Made by a program: the position numbers and the translations under genes. DNA of 64,000 nucleotides from Candidatus Latescibacterota bacterium (GTDB lineage Bacteria; JAAXHH01), in contig JAJEAN010000007.1 in assembly GCA_022822725.1 (NCBI GenBank), positions 1,125,045-1,189,044 of the forward strand, written 5' to 3'. Each line of letters opens with the position of its first letter. Within the stretch, counting starts at the first letter, position 1. Below the pieces are notes generated by a model. The model was not told the DNA's origin, did no database searches, and saw only the letters and a list, made by a program, of their open reading frames with translations. Below are positions 1-10,099 of the stretch, in pieces.

Positions 1-1652
1 GGCCCGAGGAACAGAAACGATCCGATGGGCCGGTTGGGGTTCTTCAGCCCGGAGCGCGAACGCCGGATGGCCTTGCTCAGCACCTTGATGGCCATGTCCT
101 GGCCGATGATCCGCTTCTTCAGTTCGTCCTCCATGCGCAGCAAGCTCCTCGATTCCTGCTCCTCGAGGCGGAACATGGGAATGCCCGTCATGCTGGAGAT
201 GATCTGCGCCATGTCGTTCTCGGTGACGGTCACCACCTGGTCGGCTACCCGTTCGCGCCAGGCCATGAACGCCTCGTCGTACTCTCGCTGCAACTCCTCC
301 TGGCGGTCCCGCAGCGCGGCCGCGCGTTCGAACTCCTGCTGCTGGGCGGCCTCCACCTTCTTGCCCTGTATGGCCTGGAGCTGTTCCTCGATCTCCCGGA
401 TCTCCTCGGGGACCGTCATCTTGGACAGCTGCGCCCTGGAACCGGCCTCGTCAATGATGTCGATGGCCTTGTCCGGAAGGAAACGGTCCTTGATGTACCG
501 GTCCGACTGCTTCACGGCGAACTCGAGGGCGTCGTCCGTGTACTTGACGTGGTGGTAGTCTTCGAAACGGCTGCGCAGCCCTTTCAGCATGTCGATCGTT
601 TCCGGGATGCTCGGCTGGTCCACGATCACCTTCTGGAACCGGCGTTCGAGCGCACCGTCCTTCTCGATGTGCTTGCGGTACTCGTCGAGCGTCGTGGCGC
701 CGATGCACTGGAGCTCGCCCCGGGCGAGGGCCGGCTTAAAGATGTTGGAGGCGTCGAGACTGCCTTCGGCGCCGCCGGCTCCGACGATCGAATGAAGCTC
801 GTCGATGAAGATGATCACCTCGTCCGACTTGGTGATCTCGGCCATGAGGGATTTCAGCCGGTCCTCGAACTGGCCACGGTACTTGGTCCCGGCCACGATC
901 GAGGCCATGTCCAGCGTTACGACACGCTTGTTCTCCAGGATCTGGGGGACGCTTCGCTGCACGATGCGCTGCGCAAGCCCCTCGGCGATGGCGGTCTTGC
1001 CCACGCCGGGCTCGCCGATCAGCGCCGGGTTGTTCTTCTTCCGCCGGCTGAGGACCTGGGTGACCCGTTCGATCTCCTTGTCGCGGCCGATGACCGGATC
1101 GAGTTTGCCGCCGCGTGCCATTTCGGTGAGGTCGCGGCCAAAGTGATCCAGGAAGGGCGTGCGGCTGCGCTGTGCGTCCTTCTTGGTCACCGAACGGTCG
1201 CTCTGGATGTTCTGGATCTCTTCCTTGATCTTCTCGAACGTCACGTCGTAGGTCGAAAGTATCTGGGACGCGATCCCCTGCTTGTCCCGGACCAGCGCGA
1301 GCAGCAGGTGTTCGGTGCCCACGTATTTCGATTTCATGTTGTTGGCTTCGTGCGCGGCGATCTCCAGGGCCTGTTTCGCTCTCGGCGTAAAAGGCACCTG
1401 GCCGATGGTCAGCGCGCTCGACTGGGATACCGTAGCCTCCTCGATGGACTGACGAAGGTCCTCGAGGTCGATGCCCATATTGCGCAGCATGGCGGCCGCG
1501 GTCCCTTCCCCGTCCCTGATGAAGGCCAGCAGCAGGTGCTCCGTGGCGATGTAGTCATGCTGCAGTCTGGCGGCTTCTTCCCGGGCGATGTGCATCACCC
1601 GTTTGAACCGTTCCGTAAACTTGTTGTTGTTTCCCTGGGGCATCTCGAGCAT
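1..1652 (-). CDS. clpC: ATP-dependent Clp protease ATP-binding subunit ClpC, truncated by the window start (C-terminus missing)
   Basis: The reverse-complement translation from ATG at 1652 (preceded by AAGGGAGGG) gives [27 protein letters not shown].., two Clp_N repeats, Walker A GEPGVGKT, and [14 protein letters not shown]. It is not in the ORF track because it runs off the window edge. Confidence 0.9.
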   Translation of the reverse strand, partial: MLEMPQGNNNKFTERFKRVMHIAREEAARLQHDYIATEHLLLAFIRDGEGTAAAMLRNMGIDLEDLRQSIEEATVSQSSALTIGQVPFTPRAKQALEIAAHEANNMKSKYVGTEHLLLALVRDKQGIASQILSTYDVTFEKIKEEIQNIQSDRSVTKKDAQRSRTPFLDHFGRDLTEMARGGKLDPVIGRDKEIERVTQVLSRRKKNNPALIGEPGVGKTAIAEGLAQRIVQRSVPQILENKRVVTLDMASIVAGTKYRGQFEDRLKSLMAEITKSDEVIIFIDELHSIVGAGGAEGSLDASNIFKPALARGELQCIGATTLDEYRKHIEKDGALERRFQKVIVDQPSIPETIDMLKGLRSRFEDYHHVKYTDDALEFAVKQSDRYIKDRFLPDKAIDIIDEAGSRAQLSKMTVPEEIREIEEQLQAIQGKKVEAAQQQEFERAAALRDRQEELQREYDEAFMAWRERVADQVVTVTENDMAQIISSMTGIPMFRLEEQESRSLLRMEDELKKRIIGQDMAIKVLSKAIRRSRSGLKNPNRPIGSFLFLG

Positions 1653-1707
1653 CCCTCCCTTCATGATCCGGGGTCGTTGCCCCCGATCGGAGTGTTCGCC
1701 GTGTGTC

Positions 1708-2799
1708 TCAGAACCTCAAGTGTTCCCTGACCAGTTCCGCGCGCCGCTCATCCAGTTCCTCCGACGTCATTTCCCGGCCCGAGGCCATCCGGATGTGCGC
1801 AGGCTGTATCGCTATCATCAACTGGTTGAATGCACTGGTCTCCATGCCCTGGATGATGCCCACAAACGTGCCCATCCTGAGCATGGACAGCGCATCCAGC
1901 GCTTCCATCTCCCCTAGCAACCGGGCATGCTTCAGCAGTCCGTATGCCCGGGCCACTCTGTCCTCCGTCCGGCGTTTCGCCCGGCTTGCCAGGGCGTCGC
2001 AGGCCCGTTCCTCGAAGGAGGCCAGCCGGCGCGTGACACGGTCGAGCCGGTCGACGATCTCCTCCTCGGCGTGTCCCAGGGTGCACTGGTTGGACACCTG
2101 GTACATGTTGCCCGACCGTCCGGTGCCTTCGCCGTGCAGTCCCCGCACCGTGAACCCGATTTCCTCCAAGGCGCATCCCAGGGAAGCCATCTGGTCCGCC
2201 AGGGTCAGACCCGGAAGGTGCATCAACACCGAAAGGCGCATCCCGGTGCCCGTGTTGCTGGGACAGGACGTTAAATAACCAAACTCATCCGAGAAGGCAA
2301 AATCAAGTGTTTTGCTCAGTTCGGTATCGATTTTGTCCGCTTCCTGCCAGGCGGCGCGCACCTGCAGGCCACCCTTTATGGTCTGGAGGCGCAGGTGGTC
2401 TTCCTCGTTCACCATGAGGCTGAAGGTTTCGCCGGGGCCGATGAACACGCCGGCGGGCCGTGTGCCGTCCGCCAGGGACGGGCTGATCAACCGTCTTTCC
2501 ACCAGCACCCCGCGATCCAGTTCGGACGTGTCGAGCAATGAAAGGTACACCGACCTCGCCACGTTCTCACCGCGTTGGACGGCGTTTTCCACCTGTTCGA
2601 TCACACGGAACCGTTCGTTCTTGATCGAACGGTGCACGAAGGGCAGGGTGGTCAGGTTCCGCGCCAGGCGGGCCCGGCTGCTGACCACCAGGTCCGCCGT
2701 TTCGCCTTCGGGCACGCACCATTGCGGCACGTCGACCAGCAGTTCCGTGTACAGGTTTTCCATTGCGTTGTCCATGAGCCTGTCCATGGGCCTATCCAT
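1708..2799 (-). CDS. mcsB: Protein-arginine kinase McsB (ATP:guanido phosphotransferase family)
   Basis: 363 aa ORF with the phosphagen-kinase signature CPSNTGTGMRLSV and SSRARLARNL. It overlaps the mcsA stop by 8 nt. Confidence 0.85.
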   Translation of the reverse strand: MDRPMDRLMDNAMENLYTELLVDVPQWCVPEGETADLVVSSRARLARNLTTLPFVHRSIKNERFRVIEQVENAVQRGENVARSVYLSLLDTSELDRGVLVERRLISPSLADGTRPAGVFIGPGETFSLMVNEEDHLRLQTIKGGLQVRAAWQEADKIDTELSKTLDFAFSDEFGYLTSCPSNTGTGMRLSVLMHLPGLTLADQMASLGCALEEIGFTVRGLHGEGTGRSGNMYQVSNQCTLGHAEEEIVDRLDRVTRRLASFEERACDALASRAKRRTEDRVARAYGLLKHARLLGEMEALDALSMLRMGTFVGIIQGMETSAFNQLMIAIQPAHIRMASGREMTSEELDERRAELVREHLRF

Positions 2800-3118
2800 G
2801 CGCCACCTGCTGCCGGTCCGTACCGCGCTCCAGTTCGTTTATGCGGTCCCGCAGATTCGCCGCCTGCTCGTAAGCCTCCCGGCCGACGGCTTTCTTCAGG
2901 GCCCGCCTGAGGTCGATCAGTTCCCGCCGCATCTTCTGCCGGGACGGATCGGACACGGGGACCTTGCCCCGGTGGAACTCATTGCCGTGTATCTGCTTGA
3001 AGAGCGGGACCAGGGTCTCCTCGAAGGCGCGATAGCACGCGGCGCATCCCAACTGGCCCGATTCACCGAATTCCGCCGCGGACAGGCCGCATTGTGGACA
3101 GGACGTCTTTTTCATCAC
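2792..3118 (-). CDS. mcsA: McsA-like activator of McsB (CxxC zinc-finger plus UVR domain)
   Basis: 108 aa: [16 protein letters not shown] followed by a UvrB/UvrC-type motif EAYEQAANLRDRINELE. It lies immediately upstream of mcsB. Confidence 0.7.
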   Translation of the reverse strand: MMKKTSCPQCGLSAAEFGESGQLGCAACYRAFEETLVPLFKQIHGNEFHRGKVPVSDPSRQKMRRELIDLRRALKKAVGREAYEQAANLRDRINELERGTDRQQVAHG

Positions 3119-3897
3119 CGATCCAATCCCTGGCCGCCCTCCTGGTCCTGGCCGCCCTCCCGGTCCTGGCCGCCCTCCTGGGCCGCCACCGCGTTCAGCA
3201 GGCCGTCTTCAAGCCTGAATGCACAGTCCGCGCGCCGGCCCACGTCTTCGTCATGGGTGACGACCACGAAGGCCTGACCGTGCCTGCGGGACATTTCCCA
3301 CATCAGGTCCAGCAACGCCTCTCCGTTCCCGCGGTCCAGATTGCCGGAAGGCTCGTCCGCCAGCACGATATGGGGCCGGCCCACCAGGGCCCGGGCCACC
3401 GCGACCCGCTGCTGTTCACCACCGGACAGCGCGACCGGCTTGTGGTCGAGACGCGCCTCCAGACCCACCTCCGCGAGCAGGTCTGCCGCCCGGTCGCGGG
3501 CCGTGTTCCAGTCGCAACTTCCCACCAGCAAAGGCATCATCACGTTTTCCACCGCCGAGAACTCGGGAAGCAGGTGATGGGCCTGGAAGACGAAACCCAC
3601 GGTCCGGTTCCGTAACTCGGCCAGCCGGTCGTCCGGCAGGTCGAACACGTTCGTTTCACCGATGAAAACCTGGCCGGAAGTGGGCCGGTCCAGCGTCCCC
3701 AGGATATGCAGCAGGGTGCTTTTGCCCGCACCCGACGCGCCGTGCACCGCCACGATCTGCCCGCGGCGGATATCGATGTCGATGCCCTTCAGGATCTCGA
3801 GCCGGCCGTTGCCTGAAAGGAAGTCTTTGGTCAGGTTCCTCGCGCTCAGTACTTCATCGTTCCGGTTGCCGTCCGATATGGGCGGTTCGTAAGCCAT
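3115..3897 (-). CDS. lolD: ABC transporter ATP-binding protein, LolD-type
   Basis: Walker [13 protein letters not shown] signature [15 protein letters not shown] and Walker B ILADEP. The likely start is MAYEPP at 3897; the track ORF extends further upstream. It overlaps the mcsA start by 4 nt, and the C-terminal tail is (Q/R)EGGQ(D/G) x3. Confidence 0.8.
   Translation of the reverse strand: MAYEPPISDGNRNDEVLSARNLTKDFLSGNGRLEILKGIDIDIRRGQIVAVHGASGAGKSTLLHILGTLDRPTSGQVFIGETNVFDLPDDRLAELRNRTVGFVFQAHHLLPEFSAVENVMMPLLVGSCDWNTARDRAADLLAEVGLEARLDHKPVALSGGEQQRVAVARALVGRPHIVLADEPSGNLDRGNGEALLDLMWEMSRRHGQAFVVVTHDEDVGRRADCAFRLEDGLLNAVAAQEGGQDREGGQDQEGGQGLDR
3130..3183. repeat. 18 bp x3 in-frame tandem repeat in the lolD 3' end
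   Basis: ctggccgccctcctggtc / ctggccgccctcccggtc / ctggccgccctcctgggc, encoding [18 protein letters not shown] on the minus strand. Confidence 0.85.
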
Positions 3898-3941
3898 GCG
3901 CCTGGTTTTCAGCCCTCCCGCAACATGCCGCGCCGGCTTCG

Positions 3942-5267
3942 CTATTCGTGCCGGATCGCCTCGACCGGGACCAGGCCGGCGGCCTTCCGGGCCGGGTAGA
4001 CGGCGGCCATCACGCAGATCAGCATGGATCCCAGGGCGACGCTGGCGAAATCCAACGGGTCGACCTGCACGGGCAACGCGTCGATCAGGTAGATGTCCGG
4101 CGGCAGCGAAATAAACTCGAAGGTGCGCTGCGTCCAGCAGAGCACGTACCCGGTCGCGCATCCGAACAAGGTACCCAGGACGCCGACTACAGAACCCTGG
4201 ATGATGAATACCCTGGTGATGCTGGCGGCGGTGGCCCCCATGGACTTGAGAATGCCGATGTCCCGGGTCTTCTCAAGCACGACCATGATCAGGGTACTGG
4301 CGATGTTGAAAGCGGCCACCAGGATGATCAGATTGAGTATGGCGAAGGCGCCCCATTTCTCAAGTTCCATCCACCGGAACAGGCCCTCGTGCCGCTGCAT
4401 CCAGTCTACCGTAAAATACGCCACGGACGGGCTTGACGCAACAGGTGATTCGGCAGTCTCCTCCGCATAACGGTTCAGGGCGGCCTCGATCTCATCGGCG
4501 ATACGCCCCGCCTGGTTCCGGTCGGCGACCCGGACGGCAATGCCGTTTATGTCGCTCCCGAGTTTGAACAGCTTCTGGGATTCGGCCAGGGAGACATAGG
4601 CGGAGGAGGCGTCGTACTCGTAGAACCCGGTCTCCGAAATGCCCGTTACCCTGTAGGGCCGGATATAGGGCATGAGCGCCGATGTGAGCGAAAAGCCCTG
4701 GATGTTGCCCAGGGCCACCCTTTCGCCGACGATGATCCCCAACTGGTCCGCCAGGCCCCGGCCCAGGACGATACCGGGCAGCGGCCTGCCGTCCGGATTG
4801 GCCGGATCGGGCGCGGCCGTCAGGTCCAGGGCGCCGAAGGCGATGTTTTCCTCGAGGTTCGTGGCCAGGCGGCCCGTAGCGATGTCCAGCCCGTGCACGA
4901 TGACGCCTGCCGCCGCATTGCGCGTCGTGGGCACCGGTGCGCAGACGGCTTTCTCCAGCACGTAAGGCGAGGCCGATACCACGTCGTCCACCGACAGGAT
5001 GACGTCGATCAACGGGTCGTACCCGGAAATGGAACCATCACCGAGCAGCGAATACACATTGATATGCGCGCGCTCTCCGATGATCCGTTCCCGGACTTCG
5101 CTTTCAAAGCCGTTAAACAGGGAGAGGACGATGACGAGCGCGGCTACGCCCACCAGCACGCCGCCCACGGATATGTAGGTTATGAGAGAGACGAACCGGT
5201 TCTGCCGCTTGGCGCGCAGGTATCTCAGGGCGATGAACCATTCATATGACCATCGTTTACGCAGCAC
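3942..5267 (-). CDS. FtsX-like ABC permease, LolC/LolE family
   Basis: N-terminus ..RWSYEWFIALRYLRAKRQNRFVSLITYISVGGVLVGVAALVIVLSLFNGFE resembles LolC/E; large periplasmic loop; C-terminal FtsX helices. The start is uncertain (GTG at 5267 or upstream ATGs in the 509 aa track ORF). Confidence 0.75.
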   Translation of the reverse strand: MLRKRWSYEWFIALRYLRAKRQNRFVSLITYISVGGVLVGVAALVIVLSLFNGFESEVRERIIGERAHINVYSLLGDGSISGYDPLIDVILSVDDVVSASPYVLEKAVCAPVPTTRNAAAGVIVHGLDIATGRLATNLEENIAFGALDLTAAPDPANPDGRPLPGIVLGRGLADQLGIIVGERVALGNIQGFSLTSALMPYIRPYRVTGISETGFYEYDASSAYVSLAESQKLFKLGSDINGIAVRVADRNQAGRIADEIEAALNRYAEETAESPVASSPSVAYFTVDWMQRHEGLFRWMELEKWGAFAILNLIILVAAFNIASTLIMVVLEKTRDIGILKSMGATAASITRVFIIQGSVVGVLGTLFGCATGYVLCWTQRTFEFISLPPDIYLIDALPVQVDPLDFASVALGSMLICVMAAVYPARKAAGLVPVEAIRHE

Positions 5268-6841
5268 TATTCGGCATCCTGTGCGCCGGTCGCCCGGTCC
5301 GGCCTGCCCTCCGTTTCGACGGAGCCGGCCTCCGCGTCTGCTTCGGTCTCGTCCGGACCGCCGGAGCCGCCATCGAAGGATTCCCTGCGAAGATGGGGAA
5401 AAAGGAGCACGTCCTTGATGTTGGCCGAGTCGGTAACCAACATGGCCAGCCGGTCGATGCCGATCCCGCATCCCCCGGTGGGCGGCATGCCGTATTCCAT
5501 GGCGCGAAGGAAGTCTTCGTCCATGGCGTGGGCTTCCCCATCGCCTTTCCGCGCCATCTCCACCTGCTGCTCGAACCGGCGGCGCTGGTCCACCGGGTCG
5601 TTCAACTCGGTGAAGGCGTTGGCGAACTCGCTTCCGCAGATGAAGAGTTCGAACCGCTCGGTCAGGTCGGGATCGTCCCTGCGACGCTTGGCCAGGGGGG
5701 AGATCTCCACGGGGTAATCCGTGATGAAGGTCGGATTCACGAGGCGGTCCTGTACGAAGTGTTCGAATAGTTCGTCGATCATCCGGCCCCGGCCCAGGCC
5801 GGCGTCCACTTCCAGTCCCCGGTCGCTGCAGACCGCGGCGAGTTCCCCGGTCGAAAGGCCGGTGACGTCGATACCGCTGTACGTGCGGATGGCGTCCAGC
5901 ATGGGTATCCTCGGCCAGGGCGGCGTCAGATCGATGGGCTGGTCCTGGTACGTGTGCTCCAGCGTGCCGTTCACCTCCTCGAAGACCACGACGAAGAGGC
6001 GTTCCACCAGGTCCATGATGAACTGGAAATCGACGTAGGCGATATAGAACTCCAGCATGGTAAACTCGGGATTGTGCGTGCGGTCGATCCCTTCGTTCCT
6101 GAAGTCGTGCCCGATTTCATACACACGCTCCATGCCGCCGACGATCAGCCGCTTGAGGTAGAGTTCATCGGCGATGCGCATGTACAGCGGCATGTCGAGT
6201 GCCTGGTGGTGAGTCTTGAAGGGACGTGCAAGCGCGCCGCCGTAAAGGGGCTGGAGGATCGGCGTTTCGACTTCGATGAAGCCCTGGCCGTCCATGAACC
6301 GCTGGATGGACCGGATGAGCCTCGAACGCTTGAGGAAGACTTCCTTGACCCCGGGATTGATGATCAGGTCGACGTAGCGCTGCCGGTACCTGGTCTCGAT
6401 ATCCCGAAGGCCGTGCCATTTTTCGGGCAAGGCGCGCAGGGACTTGGACAGCAGCGTCAGTTCGTCTGCCATGACGGTGGTTTCACCGGTCCGGGTGGTG
6501 AAGACGGCGCCTTTCACGCCCAGGTAGTCCCCGACCTCGATCAGCTGGTTGTAGACCTCGTATGCGTCCGTTCCGACACGGTCGAGCCGGACGTAGATCT
6601 GGATCCGGCCGGTGCGGTCGAGCAGGTGGGCGAAGCCGGACTTGCCATGGCCCCGCTTGGAGATGATCCGGCCCGCTACCGAAATGGGCTCGGAGGATTC
6701 GATCAGCGCTTCCGCCTGATCGAGAATGGACTGGGCGGGATGGGTAACGTCGTAGCGGACGGGGTACGGATCAATGCCGCGCGCGCGGATCTCTTCGAGC
6801 TTTTCGTACCGTTGTCGGTTGAATTCGATCGGGCTGTTCAC
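5267..6841 (-). CDS. lysS: Lysine--tRNA ligase (class II)
   Basis: Class II motifs: FRNEGIDRTHNPEFTMLEFY and GGCGIGIDRLAMLVT; N-terminal OB-fold region ..RYEKLEEIRARGIDPYPVRYD. Proposed GTG start at 6841 with GGAG 10 nt upstream; an alternative ATG at 6964 would add a non-homologous 41 aa. A C-terminal acidic tail of about 35 aa is present. Confidence 0.85.
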   Translation of the reverse strand: MNSPIEFNRQRYEKLEEIRARGIDPYPVRYDVTHPAQSILDQAEALIESSEPISVAGRIISKRGHGKSGFAHLLDRTGRIQIYVRLDRVGTDAYEVYNQLIEVGDYLGVKGAVFTTRTGETTVMADELTLLSKSLRALPEKWHGLRDIETRYRQRYVDLIINPGVKEVFLKRSRLIRSIQRFMDGQGFIEVETPILQPLYGGALARPFKTHHQALDMPLYMRIADELYLKRLIVGGMERVYEIGHDFRNEGIDRTHNPEFTMLEFYIAYVDFQFIMDLVERLFVVVFEEVNGTLEHTYQDQPIDLTPPWPRIPMLDAIRTYSGIDVTGLSTGELAAVCSDRGLEVDAGLGRGRMIDELFEHFVQDRLVNPTFITDYPVEISPLAKRRRDDPDLTERFELFICGSEFANAFTELNDPVDQRRRFEQQVEMARKGDGEAHAMDEDFLRAMEYGMPPTGGCGIGIDRLAMLVTDSANIKDVLLFPHLRRESFDGGSGGPDETEADAEAGSVETEGRPDRATGAQDAE

Positions 6842-7104
6842 CCGTATGCTCCGAAGGACATCATGGTTGGTGGCGGACCCCGGTAGAGGCGCGTTGCGGG
6901 TTGATCGAAGCGCCGCCGGCCTGCCGGGCCGGACGGGCACCGGAATATAGGTGCGCCGGGCCATCCTGTCAACCAAAAAGGACTTTGGTACAGGGTGCGG
7001 GAAGGGCGCGCATGGTGGGCGTGAGGGGGAGTCTACGGGGACGCGCGGCGGCGTTTGCGGGATGGGCGGGATGGGCGCGCACGGCGGGCGCGAGGGCGGC
7101 GGCT

Positions 7105-8221
7105 TCAGGTGCTCTTCACGGCATCTCCACGACGGAGGTAGGCCTCGATGAAGGCATCGATCCCGCCGTTCATCACCGACTGGATGTTGCCGACTTCCGT
7201 TCCGGTCCGGTGGTCCTTTACCATGGTGTAGGGGTGGAAAACGTAGGAGCGAATCTGGCTGCCCCACGCGATGTCCTTCTTGTCGCCTTCAAGACGTTCC
7301 CTTTTCTCCCGGATCTCATCCTGTCGCTGCTGGTAAAGGCGCGACATGAGCACCTTCATGGCGCTTTCCCGGTTGCGGTGCTGGGACCGCTCCGACTGGC
7401 ACTGTACGACGATACCGGAGGGCCGGTGGGTGATTCGCACGGCCGAAGAGGTCTTGTTCACGTGCTGGCCCCCGGCGCCGCTCGCCCGGTAGACGTCGAT
7501 CTCCAGGTCCGTCTCGCTTAGATCGATATCGCCCGGATCGTCGATCTCGGGCAGCACGGAAACCGAGGCGAAGGAGGTGTGCCGCCGGTGGTTCGAGTCG
7601 AAGGGGGAGATGCGCACGAGGCGATGGACGCCGGCTTCCGCCTTGAGGTACCCATAGGCGTAGTCGCCCGTGACTTCGATGGATACGCTCTTGATGCCGG
7701 CTTCTTCGCCCGGCTGCAGGTCCAGGGTATCGAAGGCGTAGTCCCGGGATTCCATCCAGCGCAGGTACATGCGCATGAGCATTTCAGCCCAGTCCTGGGA
7801 CTCGGTTCCCCCTGCCCCGGGATGAATGGAAACGATGGCGTTCTTCGTGTCGTCGGGGGCCGACAGCATGCTCTGCAGTGTGGCCGCCTCCAGGAGATCC
7901 TGCAGCGATCGGACCCCTTCCTCTATCTCGTCGAATGCATCCCGGTCGTCCTCCTCTACGGCCATTTCAAAGAGGGTCTCCAGGTCCTCGACCTGGCTGT
8001 CCATCTCGTTCCAGCCATCGATGATCTTTTTGTGATCGCTGATCTGGCGGCTGACCACCTGGGCCCTGGCCGGGGTGTTCCAGAAGTCCGGTTCGCCCGT
8101 GACGCCTTCGAGCCGGGCCATCTCCACCTGCCGGTTCTCCAGGTCAAAGGCCCCTCCAGAGCCAGGACAATTGGTTGCGGCACGCTTCCAGCGCGTTCTT
8201 GATTTCCGATGGTTCCATCAT
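7105..8221 (-). CDS. prfB: Peptide chain release factor 2, requiring a programmed +1 frameshift
   Basis: Frame 1: MMEPSEIKNALEACRNQLSWLWRGL-stop (ATG at 8221). The stop lies within CTT TGA C at 8144-8150. Shifting +1 continues DLENRQVEMARLEG.. into the 340 aa ORF carrying SPF and GGQ motifs. Confidence 0.9.
8144..8162 (-). promoter_or_regulatory. prfB +1 ribosomal frameshift site (CTT TGA C) with internal SD-like GGAGGGG
   Basis: The minus-strand sequence reads tgg agg ggc CTT TGA Cct. This matches the conserved RF2 autoregulatory recoding signal. Confidence 0.85.
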
Positions 8222-8240
8222 CTTGGGCACATACTCCTTT

Positions 8241-9284
8241 CTAAAACCGCCTGAACGCTTCTTCCAGCAATTCCTGGTCGCGGATGGAGTCCGCCCCGGA
8301 GGAACGGACCGGGTCGCCGGACCGTATGCACGCCAGGAAGTGGGCGTTCGCCCGGCGAAACGCCCAGTCCCTCGGCGCCTGCGGCTGTGTGTGCTCCTGC
8401 ATGTCGCCCGCCCGGTAGACGGAGACACCGGCCGGCACGTTCCTGAGCAGCGGGGGCGGCGTAAGGACCTCCACCCATCCGTCTTCGAAATACACCTTTA
8501 CGCCCTCGTCCCAGAAATTCGCCGACAGCCGTCCCAGTTCGAGCACGGCGTCGAAGCCGTCCATGGCAAAGACCATCAGTTTTGTCGGACTGTCGAGGGT
8601 CGCGAATTTCAGCTCATGGACCTCGCCAAGCAGGTAGCGCATCAGGTTGATGTTGTGGCAGTACAGGTTGTTCATGCTGTAAATCTCCCTGATTCGCGCC
8701 TGTTCCAACCACTCCGGTGGCCGGGGCTCGATTTTCGGATAAGTCTCGTCCGTCGTAATCGGCGTACCGGCGTTGCAGACCCAGTCTCCCGCGAAACAAT
8801 GGCCCCTGGCGTGGGTGATCTTCCCGAGTTCGCCTGATGACGTCAGTTCTACGATGATTGAACGGGCCAGCTCCACACCGGTATCGAAGCGTTTCATGTA
8901 GCCGATCATCAGTTGGCGATCGTTGCGTTCCGCGGCCTCGACCATGCGGCGGGCGTCGGCCAGGTTGGTCGCCATGGGTTTTTCGAGATAGACGTGCTTG
9001 CCCGCGTTCAACGCGTCGATGGAAACCGTGGCGTGGGCGTCGTCGGAAGTGATCTGCACGATGGCGTCTATCGAGGGATCGGCGCAGAGTTCCTCGTGCG
9101 AATCGCAGACCCGGTGGACGCCGTAACGGTCCGCCACCAGGCGCGCCAGCCGGGGCCTGCGTTCGGCCAGAGCCACCACCTCGCATCCGTTCATTTCCGT
9201 GAAATTCGACAGATGGACCAGTTGCCCCATGAATCCCGCGCCGACGAAGCCGATCCTGATCCGGTCGTTTTTCGAAGATCCCAC
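8241..9284 (-). CDS. Gfo/Idh/MocA family NAD(P)-dependent oxidoreductase
   Basis: N-terminal Rossmann IRIGFVGAGFMG and EKP motif (VYLEKPMA). Confidence 0.8.
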   Translation of the reverse strand: MGSSKNDRIRIGFVGAGFMGQLVHLSNFTEMNGCEVVALAERRPRLARLVADRYGVHRVCDSHEELCADPSIDAIVQITSDDAHATVSIDALNAGKHVYLEKPMATNLADARRMVEAAERNDRQLMIGYMKRFDTGVELARSIIVELTSSGELGKITHARGHCFAGDWVCNAGTPITTDETYPKIEPRPPEWLEQARIREIYSMNNLYCHNINLMRYLLGEVHELKFATLDSPTKLMVFAMDGFDAVLELGRLSANFWDEGVKVYFEDGWVEVLTPPPLLRNVPAGVSVYRAGDMQEHTQPQAPRDWAFRRANAHFLACIRSGDPVRSSGADSIRDQELLEEAFRRF

Positions 9285-9320
9285 GCTATCCTCCGGGAGC
9301 CATTGCGCGCCTTTTCGCCG

Positions 9321-10019
9321 CTATATTAAACCTTTGCCGGCCAGGCTGGTAAAGGACTTTCGGCCGACAATGATGTGATCCAGCACCTTGATGTCGATCA
9401 TCTGGCCCGCGTCGACGAGCTGGGCCGTGATCTTGAGATCGTCCTGGCTCGGCGTGGGATCGCCGCTGGGATGGTTGTGCACGAAAATCACCGACGCGGC
9501 CGAATCGAGGATGGCAGGCTTGAACACCTCCCGGGGATGGACGATGCTCGCCGTAAGGCTGCCCACCGATACGGTCACGCCGCGGATCAGGCAGTTGCGT
9601 GCGTCCAGCATCAGGACCATGAAGATCTCCTTGCGCAGGTCCCGAAGCCTCGGCATGAAGTAGCGCGCCACGTCCGTGCTCGAAACGAAGGTCTTCTGAT
9701 CCATATCCTGCGCTTCGAGCCGGCGGCCGATTTCGATGGCGGAGGCGATCTGGGCAGCCTTGACTGGTCCCACGCCCGATACCTGGCACAACTCGCTCAA
9801 TTCCCGGGTGGCGAGGTGGCGCAGGCCGCCGAAGTGCTGCAGGAGTTGCCGTGAAATCTCAATGACGTCCCTGCCGCCCGCGCCGTTTCCCGTGCGCAGC
9901 AGCAAAGCAATCAATTCCGTGTCCGACAGCGTATGTATGCCGTACTTGAGCAGACGCTCCCTGGGCTTTTCGTCTTCCGGCCAGTCCCTGATCGGCGTTA
10001 CTCCCTGTAAATCGGTCAT
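9321..10019 (-). CDS. radC: RadC-family JAB/MPN domain protein
   Basis: HhH region (LSDTELIALLLRTG) and JAMM motif HNHPSGDPTPSQDD. The likely start is MTDLQG at 10019. Confidence 0.8.
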   Translation of the reverse strand: MTDLQGVTPIRDWPEDEKPRERLLKYGIHTLSDTELIALLLRTGNGAGGRDVIEISRQLLQHFGGLRHLATRELSELCQVSGVGPVKAAQIASAIEIGRRLEAQDMDQKTFVSSTDVARYFMPRLRDLRKEIFMVLMLDARNCLIRGVTVSVGSLTASIVHPREVFKPAILDSAASVIFVHNHPSGDPTPSQDDLKITAQLVDAGQMIDIKVLDHIIVGRKSFTSLAGKGLI

Positions 10020-10099
10020 CGCATCATCCTTTCTGCGGTTCAATGAGAACATTGCATGTTGACCGATTCAGTCGGAATCCGATCAGGCGATCTCGTAAT

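Noticed and set aside
549-1730. 393 aa + strand ORF
   Set aside because: It is antisense to clpC, which has unambiguous Walker and Clp_N motifs on the minus strand. Its D/L/V/R/G-rich composition is typical of GC-rich antisense frames.
3115-3900. Searched for ctsR upstream of mcsA
   Set aside because: The position is occupied by lolD. No winged-helix CtsR-like ORF or GGTCAAA heptad repeats were found.
6951-7151. 66 aa Gly-rich ORF in the prfB-lysS spacer
   Set aside because: It is a product of the G-rich repeat DNA. There is no SD, and the low-complexity GG(R/M)GG translation is not a plausible protein.
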